A DNA stretch of 64,000 nt, taken from NCBI GenBank assembly GCA_031402515.1, contig JANNSK010000008.1:9717-73716 (forward strand), given 5' to 3'. Each line of letters starts with the position of its first letter. Positions within the stretch are counted from its first letter, which is position 1. Made by a program: the position numbers and the translations under genes. The notes beneath the pieces are model-generated. The model made no database searches, had not been told where the DNA came from, and was given only the letters and a program-made list of their open reading frames with translations. The stretch is from Alphaproteobacteria bacterium (GTDB lineage: Bacteria > Pseudomonadota > Alphaproteobacteria > Rickettsiales > UBA3002). This document shows, piece after piece, positions 9,833 to 17,190 of the stretch.

Positions 9833-10376
9833 ATCGGCATCCGCAACGTCCCCGAACCTCACCGCGCTGATGCAGCTCACGCTGGATGGCGATAAGACTG
9901 CCTATCAGGAGTTCCTCACTCAGGTATCGCGTTACCTGCGCCGTTTCATCGCCCGCAGCATCCCTGCTTCGGATGTGGAGGATGTACTACAGGAAGTGCT
10001 TATTTCCATCCATAAAGCACGACATACCTATGATGGCAAACGCGCGGTGCTACCGTGGGTATCGGCCATCGCCCGCTACCGGATAAGCGATTACCTGCGC
10101 CAGCATTATGCCGCGATGCGGCAATCACAGGTTGATTTGGCCGATGTCGAGGATTTTATCGCCGCCCCTGTAACCGAAACCAGCGAAACCGGCGAATCTA
10201 TCCTTGAGGAAGTGGGACAATTGCCGGAACGCCAACAGAAGATTCTGTATTTGCTACATACCGAAGGCTACACCGCTAAGGAGGTGGGGGCCAAACTCGG
10301 CATGCGGGAATCAGCAGTGAAGGTAGCGGCCCACCGAGCCTATAAGGTAATTCGGGCAAGATTGAGTAGTTCATGA
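9825..10376 (+). CDS. sigF: ECF sigma factor (sigma-70 family, SigF-like)
   Basis: Region 2 and region 4 motifs (DVEDVLQEVLISIHK, ILYLLHTEGYTAKEVGAKLGMRESAVKVAAHRA). Its stop overlaps the anti-sigma start (ATGA). The start is taken at an internal ATG because the longer ORF overlaps doxX. Confidence 0.85.
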   Translation: MVTSASATSPNLTALMQLTLDGDKTAYQEFLTQVSRYLRRFIARSIPASDVEDVLQEVLISIHKARHTYDGKRAVLPWVSAIARYRISDYLRQHYAAMRQSQVDLADVEDFIAAPVTETSETGESILEEVGQLPERQQKILYLLHTEGYTAKEVGAKLGMRESAVKVAAHRAYKVIRARLSSS

Positions 10377-11008
10377 GTGATACACAACAGTTAATTGTCG
10401 CGCTTTCGGCGGACGCCAGACCAGTCATGCCGATGATGGTGCCCAGTCGCCTCGCGCTGCGCCTATCCGCCCTGCTCGCTGCCTACGCGCTCGTGATGGC
10501 ACTGATGCTAGGCCTGCGCGAAGACATTGGAACATACTGGCATCAACCAGTGTATCTTACTGAATTGCTTGCACTGTTTGCACTGGCAGCGGCGAGTATT
10601 ACCGCCTCGGTATTCCGCGCATTTCCGGACCAGTATCAGTACGACACGGTGCGCCACCTACCGGCCGTGGCGTTTGCCGTGTTTTTCGCCTTACTCGCAT
10701 TCCAGTTCTGGCTACCAGGTACACCATCGCCCGTCAACGCCCATGGGATGGAATGCGCGATTTGCATTGGAGCGGTTGCGATTATTCCATCGGCCATCGC
10801 CATGTATCTCATCCGGAAAGGCGCCAGCACGAAGCCACTTCTATCGGGCATGTATGCGGTGCTGGCTTGCGCCGCTATCGGCTGCCTTGTGCTGCGGCTC
10901 ATCGAAGCCAATGATGGCCCCACCCACCTCCTGCTATGGCACTATTTTCCGACACTGGGTTTTGCCGCCCTCGGAGGTATCGCCGGGAAATTCTTACTAA
11001 AATGGTAG
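10373..11008 (+). CDS. nrsF: DUF1109 / NrsF-type membrane anti-sigma factor
   Basis: 211 aa, six predicted TM segments, translationally coupled to the ECF sigma. This is the architecture of Caulobacter NrsF. Confidence 0.75.
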   Translation: MSDTQQLIVALSADARPVMPMMVPSRLALRLSALLAAYALVMALMLGLREDIGTYWHQPVYLTELLALFALAAASITASVFRAFPDQYQYDTVRHLPAVAFAVFFALLAFQFWLPGTPSPVNAHGMECAICIGAVAIIPSAIAMYLIRKGASTKPLLSGMYAVLACAAIGCLVLRLIEANDGPTHLLLWHYFPTLGFAALGGIAGKFLLKW

Positions 11009-11009
11009 T

Positions 11010-11035
11010 GTAACCATTCGACTTGAACTCTCGAA
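11010..11035 (+). promoter_or_regulatory. ECF (SigF/ECF16-type) promoter GTAACC-N16-CGAA driving the DUF2282-MNIO-DUF2063 operon
   Basis: TGTAACCATTCG acttgaactct CGAAT with an exact 16-nt spacer. It shares a 12-nt identical -35 block with the doxX promoter. Confidence 0.8.
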
Positions 11036-11108
11036 TAGACAGGCGTAAGCGTTGCTTGCCCGGGACTATTCCGGTTTCAAACCACTCCAATTTTTGAAAG
11101 GTATTGTT

Positions 11109-11384
11109 ATGAAAAAGCTTCTTCTCACTGCTGCTCTTGCTGGCATCACTGCGGCTACATTCTCGGTTGCTCAAGCCGCCGACGACGCTGCTGCCGCCAA
11201 GGAAAAATGCTACGGCATCGCCAAAGCTGGTAAAAACGATTGCAAATCGGCCGATGGTGCGAATTCCTGTGCAGGCCACTCCAGCAAAGACAACGACCCG
11301 AACGTCTGGAAATTCGTTGCCAAGGGTGAGTGCGAAAAAATGGGCGGCATGTCCGATGCACCAAAAACACCGAAGTCGATGTAA
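11109..11384 (+). CDS. bufA: DUF2282 secreted Cys-containing peptide (bufferin BufA1-type RiPP precursor)
   Basis: Sec signal [23 protein letters not shown]. The core has four Cys ([25 protein letters not shown]...KGECEKMGG). It sits directly upstream of the MNIO gene. Confidence 0.8.
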   Translation: MKKLLLTAALAGITAATFSVAQAADDAAAAKEKCYGIAKAGKNDCKSADGANSCAGHSSKDNDPNVWKFVAKGECEKMGGMSDAPKTPKSM

Positions 11385-12281
11385 TTGCCTTTTGTTTGTT
11401 TAGGAAAAGGGCTCCCGGTAACCTACCGGGGGCCCTTTGACTCTCGAGTGACATTTACCTCACAGCTTGGATTCGGCCTTGGCCTGCGCGCACCGCATTA
11501 CACGGAAGTGCTACGCGAAAAACCAACACTCGGCTGGTTTGAGATTATTTCCGAGAATTATATGGAAGCCCATCGCGGCTATCTCGACTATCTAGCCGAC
11601 CTCCGCGCACACTATCCTATCGTCATGCATGGCGTATCACTCTCCATCGGCTCCACCGACCCGCTCGACGACGACTATCTAAAAAAACTCAAAGCACTGG
11701 CTGAACATATCGAAGCGCCGTGGATTTCTGACCATCTGTGCTACACGGGCGTCGGCGGCAAAAACACGCACGACCTGTTGCCCCTGCCCTATACGGAAGA
11801 AGCGCTGGAACATATCATACCGCGCATCCAAAAATTACAAGACACGCTGGGCCGCGCCTTCGTGTTCGAGAATGCCTCGACCTATCTCGAGTTTGACGGC
11901 TCGACTATCAGCGAACCAGAATTCTTTGGCGAACTCTGTGCGCGCACCGGCTGTGGCATCCTGCTCGATGTCAACAACGTCTATGTTTCAAGTTTCAATC
12001 ACGGCTGGGATGCGAAGGCGTACATCGACGCGATTCCCACAGCATCCATCGCGCAATACCATCTTGCCGGACACACCAATAAAGGCAGCCACCTCATCGA
12101 CACTCACAACAACCATGTGATCGACGCGGTGTGGGATCTCTATCGTTACACACTGCAAACCAAGGGCATGAAAAGCACCATGATTGAGTGGGACGATGCT
12201 ATCCCAGAATTTTCTGCATTGATGGCGGAACTCGACAAGGCGCGCGCCGTGGCCGATGCGGTGGAAAGGAAAGCTGCATGA
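11385..12281 (+). CDS. bufB: MNIO family enzyme (DUF692/UPF0276; BufB/MbnB-like)
   Basis: TIM-barrel-like DUF692 pattern (GFGLGLRAPHY...WFEIISENYM...HGVSLSIGS...SDHLC...FENASTY...LLDVNNVYVS...HLAGH). The ORF opens right after the bufA stop. The true start is unresolved (TTG at 11385 or a downstream GTG). Confidence 0.85.
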   Translation: MPFVCLGKGLPVTYRGPFDSRVTFTSQLGFGLGLRAPHYTEVLREKPTLGWFEIISENYMEAHRGYLDYLADLRAHYPIVMHGVSLSIGSTDPLDDDYLKKLKALAEHIEAPWISDHLCYTGVGGKNTHDLLPLPYTEEALEHIIPRIQKLQDTLGRAFVFENASTYLEFDGSTISEPEFFGELCARTGCGILLDVNNVYVSSFNHGWDAKAYIDAIPTASIAQYHLAGHTNKGSHLIDTHNNHVIDAVWDLYRYTLQTKGMKSTMIEWDDAIPEFSALMAELDKARAVADAVERKAA

Positions 12282-13027
12282 GCTACGCTTCACAGCTCGC
12301 ATTATTAAACGAGGCAATCGTTGAAGAGTGTTATGGCGCGATGCTGCCTACTATCAAGCACACGCGAACGCATGAGATTTCTGCTGAAACACGGCTGGGA
12401 GTTTACGTGAATGGCTACATGGAGCGGTTACTCAAAGCGGTGCTAGCTGATTACCCGGCGCTCACGCATTACCTTGGCACAGCGCGCATGAACGATATAG
12501 TACGAGCCCATGTGCAGAAAAATCCGTCGCTCCATTGGGATCTCAACCGTTACCCGATCAGTTTCTCCGCATGCTTCACGAATACATCGGAAGACCGCGC
12601 AGCAATTGCGGTAGCGCAACTCGAAAGCACCATCGCTGACGTTTTCTGGATGCCAGAGAGTGCGCCACTGAACGCAGAAACATTGGCCACATTGTCCATG
12701 GAGCAACTTTCCGCAACACATTTCAAGCCGCGCGTAGCGCTACGACTTTTGAAGCTTGATTGCGCTGCCAATGCGTTCTTACAAGCGTTTCGTGATGGGG
12801 AACCGCCGACGGCCATCGCGGCTGAAGAGGAATATCTTTGCGTGGTACGCCATGAAAACGATGTGCGACGTATCGTGCTAGAACCAACCGAATACACGCT
12901 GCTTCACGTGATGTTCAGTGGCGTGCGTTTTGACAGGGCGCTTGATAGCATTAATGATCCCGCACTCACTGAAAAACTACCTCGCTATCTCGCGCGTTGG
13001 CTAAAGCATGGTCTCTTTGTCGCCTAA
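12278..13027 (+). CDS. bufC: DUF2063 protein (MNIO partner, BufC-like)
   Basis: Its ATG overlaps the bufB stop (ATGA). About 250 aa. Position and size match the DUF2063 partner of DUF692 enzymes. Confidence 0.7.
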   Translation: MSYASQLALLNEAIVEECYGAMLPTIKHTRTHEISAETRLGVYVNGYMERLLKAVLADYPALTHYLGTARMNDIVRAHVQKNPSLHWDLNRYPISFSACFTNTSEDRAAIAVAQLESTIADVFWMPESAPLNAETLATLSMEQLSATHFKPRVALRLLKLDCAANAFLQAFRDGEPPTAIAAEEEYLCVVRHENDVRRIVLEPTEYTLLHVMFSGVRFDRALDSINDPALTEKLPRYLARWLKHGLFVA

Positions 13028-13188
13028 TATTTCCTTTTCCATTTTGGAAAAACCGAGCAACTCAGAACTGGGGGCCTCAAGACACGGGCTGCAGCAGCAA
13101 AACACCATCAAGGCACAACCGGACCACTAAGCCAAAAACACACTGTGTTTACTAATAAATACCCGACAGTAAAGTTTATTGATATTGG

Positions 13189-15261
13189 CTAGCCTACGGC
13201 AAGCCGCTCGGCGGCAGCGCCTTCCTTCAACCACTCGCGGCCACCTTGATTGTCGAGATAATGCATCAACGCGCTAACCACCCTGCGATCAAAATGCTTG
13301 CCGGTATCGGCATGCAGAATCTCGATCACCTCATCCCACGCCATCGCCGGACGATAGGATCGCGGTGAAACCATACCTACCAGCGCGTTGGCAACCGCAA
13401 TAATACGCGCCGAGATAAGCACGTCCTGCCCGTTCATGTTCAGCGGGCCGGAGCCGTCCATACGCTCTTGTGCCTGGCACAGTGTCTCGGCCACCGGACC
13501 ATGGAAAGCGATATTTCTTAGTAAATCGGCTGTCGCGGCGAGCGAACTCCTGATAGTCGCTCGCTCGGCATCGTTGAGCACGCCGTCACGGGTAAGCAGG
13601 CCCGCCGGAATATCAGCCTTGCCGAGATTCATCAACTGCGCGGCGGTGGCGGTCGTCTCCACGGTGACACTGTCGAGACCCATAATGCGCGCAGTGGCAG
13701 CTGCAACTTCAGCCACCTGCGCTGAATGGCGGGCGGCATGCGGATCGCGCTTGTCGACCAGCGAGACCAGCATGGACACAAGCTTTTTCAGCGTATCAAC
13801 GCGCAGTTCGCGCTCCTCGATCATCTCGGTCACGTCCTGCTCAGCAATGAGTACGCCGCGCGTGGGCATCCTTACCCCCTCGACTGGAATGCGGGAAAGC
13901 GGTACAAAACGCGCATGGATGGTGCGCAGACCGCGCTCGTCGCTACGCTCGATCAGCCGCGTTTCGTTACGATCATATTCTAGCGCAAGTTGGCATGGTT
14001 CGTTCACCGCCTGTGCGAAGGCTTTACCCATTGCGTTGGCGATCGACTTGCCGCGTGGCTCCTTATCGCCGAGCAACATCAATTCCGCCGCGCGATGATT
14101 GGCGAACCACAGGCCGAGATATTCATCAACGATATAGAGCGGCTCGGGTTGGTTGTCGGTAACGGCCGATAATAGCTCAGCGCGCGCTCCCCACTCTTCA
14201 GCAAGTGCCGACTGCGCACGCGCCACCGCGTTCCGCCAGATGGCGACCACCGTTGCGGTTAAGGCAGCCAGCAGCAGTAGGATGGCAATCGCCACCGTAT
14301 TACGCCATACGGTTGTTTGCGCCAACGCCTCGGCTCGGTCGATTTTGGCGATTAGTACCCATGGCGTGCCAGCGACTGCGCGCGCGGTGAAGAATACCGG
14401 TTGGCCACGATAGTCGATCTTTTCAGCGAATTCGCCGGTATGCGCTAGCGCATGGACCGCAGCAGAACTCTCACTCAACGGCTCGGCATGACTCATCAAC
14501 GGCGACTGATCGAGCAGTGGCGTAAGGTAACGGACATTCTTTCCCTCCGCACGCACCAGCATTACTTCAAGCGTCTGTTCAGGCGTCGGTTGCGGCGCGA
14601 GTAGCGCGAAGAAGCCGCCATCGAGCAAGCGGACACCAACCAGTCTGCCGGTTTGCGCGGCAGGTGAACGGTCCTGCTGTACGCCATAAATCGGAATCAC
14701 GAAGCCCAGTCGCTGGGCACCGCTATCTTCCTGCGTGATGTCAAGCAGCGAGCTTTCACCACGTGGCGCCAGCGTCAGTTTCTCGGTCAAGCCCCCGGCC
14801 AGTGGTGGCATATAGTCCGTCGCCATGACGAGTTTGCCACTGTTATCGATCAGTGCCAGACCGCCACTACCGAGTTTGCGCACATTGGCGCCGATCTGCT
14901 GCTGGAGTGTCGGTGTCGATGGCTCAAAACCCAAGCGTTGCGACGTCATGGTCATCAAGCTGCGCAGATATTCTGCCTGCGCGAGTGGTTCGCCATCGGC
15001 TTGCGCCTGAAGCTGGGTGAAATAAATCTGCAGCGAGGCGTTGTCAGCGAGGCTGGATAGCTCGCGGAACTGGTTTTGTACCCACCCACTAACACCGCGC
15101 GCCTGCGTATCGGCGATGAGGTTGAGTTTATCGCGCCACTGCGCCGTATCGCGCGCGCGTTCATGCTGCAGGAACAAAGCAAGGCTGGCAATACCCGCCG
15201 CGCCAATAAGGAGAATAATGGAACCGATTCCCAAGCGAGACCGAGAAAGCCGAGCGCGCAT
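13189..15261 (-). CDS. Membrane sensor: TM - large periplasmic (Cache-like) domain - TM - PAS-like - degenerate HD-GYP domain
   Basis: 690 aa with TMs at about aa 10-30 and 321-342. The C-terminal domain aligns to HD-GYP but reads DPHAARHS / LMNLGK / AQERMDGSGP instead of D.YT..HS / LHDIGK / HHE..DGSGYP. Confidence 0.8.
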   Translation of the reverse strand: MRARLSRSRLGIGSIILLIGAAGIASLALFLQHERARDTAQWRDKLNLIADTQARGVSGWVQNQFRELSSLADNASLQIYFTQLQAQADGEPLAQAEYLRSLMTMTSQRLGFEPSTPTLQQQIGANVRKLGSGGLALIDNSGKLVMATDYMPPLAGGLTEKLTLAPRGESSLLDITQEDSGAQRLGFVIPIYGVQQDRSPAAQTGRLVGVRLLDGGFFALLAPQPTPEQTLEVMLVRAEGKNVRYLTPLLDQSPLMSHAEPLSESSAAVHALAHTGEFAEKIDYRGQPVFFTARAVAGTPWVLIAKIDRAEALAQTTVWRNTVAIAILLLLAALTATVVAIWRNAVARAQSALAEEWGARAELLSAVTDNQPEPLYIVDEYLGLWFANHRAAELMLLGDKEPRGKSIANAMGKAFAQAVNEPCQLALEYDRNETRLIERSDERGLRTIHARFVPLSRIPVEGVRMPTRGVLIAEQDVTEMIEERELRVDTLKKLVSMLVSLVDKRDPHAARHSAQVAEVAAATARIMGLDSVTVETTATAAQLMNLGKADIPAGLLTRDGVLNDAERATIRSSLAATADLLRNIAFHGPVAETLCQAQERMDGSGPLNMNGQDVLISARIIAVANALVGMVSPRSYRPAMAWDEVIEILHADTGKHFDRRVVSALMHYLDNQGGREWLKEGAAAERLAVG

Positions 15262-15333
15262 AAACCATCCCTTTTTTTGGTGTTAGGGAATGTTGGTTTA
15301 GCTCAGGAGTGGCGCCGGGACAACCGGTTTATA

Positions 15334-16014
15334 CTACCTATACGCCCACCATGATCGGCTATTGATGGCGTAGATGGGACGGTAGTGATAGATATTTGCC
15401 TCGTTGGTAACAGAACTTGCCTGATTATCGAGCAGGTAGCGCTCGCCACCCGACTTCACCTCGAGAACCGCATGCATAATACCACCTAAGTTATTGTCCT
15501 GTACAATGATGATGCGCATCGAGGACTCGGGTACGCCCAAGCGCTTGAGCGAAATGAACTTGGCAATAGCGTAATCCTCGCAGTCACCGCCGCGGCTCAT
15601 GAACTCGTATGGCGTCTGCCAGTAATCCTCAACACCAAGATTATCTTTGTCCTCGACATATTTGATATCGTTGAAGAAATCATTGACCGCATCGAGCTTC
15701 GCCTCCAGTGAATTGCCGCTCTGTTCGCTGAGCATTCTTTCCCAGCGGCGCGCATCGCAATCATCATCTTTACACTGCTTATCGGCTTCGGCTTTTTCTC
15801 GATTGTAACGCGGCATCAACGAGGTCCATTTGGTGAAGGCGGAAAGGTCACCCGAGCTGGTCTGTTGTGAGGAGAGCAAGGGGTTCGAGATTGCATGCGC
15901 CATGCCCGGAAGCATCAGGAAAACGGCGAAGAGCAGTATGCTTGCCGCCATCATCCGTTTCGGGAAGAGGGTCTGACATGTGGTAATCCGGGTTTTATGT
16001 AAGCAATCCACCAT
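15334..16014 (-). CDS. Periplasmic transglutaminase-like cysteine peptidase (BTLCP, LapG family)
   Basis: Signal peptide MMAASILLFAVFLMLPGMAHA (likely start about 15954). Catalytic Cys/His/Asp context is GGDCEDYAIAKF ... IMHAVLEV ... LLDNQ. Confidence 0.85.
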   Translation of the reverse strand: MVDCLHKTRITTCQTLFPKRMMAASILLFAVFLMLPGMAHAISNPLLSSQQTSSGDLSAFTKWTSLMPRYNREKAEADKQCKDDDCDARRWERMLSEQSGNSLEAKLDAVNDFFNDIKYVEDKDNLGVEDYWQTPYEFMSRGGDCEDYAIAKFISLKRLGVPESSMRIIIVQDNNLGGIMHAVLEVKSGGERYLLDNQASSVTNEANIYHYRPIYAINSRSWWAYR

Positions 16015-16165
16015 CCTTTTGATGATACGTGGACATGCTTGAAGAATGCTTAATTATGGAAACAATTGTAGCAATTAGAATTCTATTAACCAGTTGATAT
16101 AAATGGTATAAATAGCTACATTTTTACTCAATTCCTAGCGAAACAGCAAAAAACTTATTGCCCGT

Positions 16166-17026
16166 TTATAATTTCGCGCGGGCAAGATCTAGCAACCGCG
16201 TCCAGTTCGAGGACGAGGCCAGCGCGAGGTAAATAAAGCCCAGCCAGTTCTTCTGGCGGAAATCGAGGAAAATCTCCGGCGGCAGTTCATTAAATGCCTT
16301 CTCGTTAATCATCAGGAATCCGCTAAGCTGGATATCTTTCCCCTTCAGCGTCGCCTTGAAATTATACGGCGTCAACAGATTGTGCTGCTTGAGCTCACGG
16401 CAAAGGGTTTTCGTCACCGCCATATGCTGGTGGAATGACGTACAGAATTCCAGCGCGCGCTTGGTGAACTCGCTCGGCTCGCCCGCCTTGTCGAATAGCG
16501 GTGTAGCACCGCGCTTGGTTTTTACCGAATATTCCGGCGCACCCTCATCAAGCGAGAGGAAGAATTTCGCGTTGGTGGGGTCGCGGAAAAAGATGAACGG
16601 GTATTGGCGCACATAGGCGGGGACATAATGGTCCTGCCGCCAGCGACCGCTGCTATGAATGAAATAATTATCCTCGCCGCAGCCTAATACCGCAAGCGGC
16701 AAGGGCTGCTCAGGATCGGCGGTGAATACGATGGGATAGCTTTTCGCCGCCTCGACAAACTCCACAGCATTCAGCATGACGGAATTCGTGCCCCTGGCGA
16801 ATTTCATATCATGCATGGGCGCCAGGCTTGCCATGGCGTGACGGGTTTTATCGAGCACCGTCGGCGCCTTGAAGAATAGCGGCAGGTTCGACGGCGCTTC
16901 GCTGAGCTTAGACGCCACACTGGCGGATGACTTAGCGGCGGTCACCGGCCGTTTCGGCGTGTAGCGTTTCACCTTTGCCACTTTCTTTAGTTCTTTCGTT
17001 TTTGTCTTACCATTGGCCACAGTCAC
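16166..17026 (-). CDS. SapC family protein with a Lys-rich N-terminal extension
   Basis: SapC-like core (NAVEFVEAAKSYPIVFT ... YVPAYVRQYPFIF). 286 aa. Confidence 0.7.
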   Translation of the reverse strand: MTVANGKTKTKELKKVAKVKRYTPKRPVTAAKSSASVASKLSEAPSNLPLFFKAPTVLDKTRHAMASLAPMHDMKFARGTNSVMLNAVEFVEAAKSYPIVFTADPEQPLPLAVLGCGEDNYFIHSSGRWRQDHYVPAYVRQYPFIFFRDPTNAKFFLSLDEGAPEYSVKTKRGATPLFDKAGEPSEFTKRALEFCTSFHQHMAVTKTLCRELKQHNLLTPYNFKATLKGKDIQLSGFLMINEKAFNELPPEIFLDFRQKNWLGFIYLALASSSNWTRLLDLARAKL

Positions 17027-17190
17027 TTCCTTTCATCGTAAGGGAATAGATGCGTGTTTTGGTTAACCATATCAGGAGCGTGAGTTCCAGCCCTATGTGA
17101 TGGCGGCTGAAATATCTGGTTTTTCATTACGCAAACCAGTGGACAGTCGCCCGATTACCCTTAGAATGCCTTTCCAACCATGAGGTTGCG

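Noticed and set aside
12188-12277. Upstream extension of the DUF2063 ORF
   Set aside because: It lies entirely inside the bufB coding region in another frame. The ATGA-coupled start at 12278 is far more plausible.
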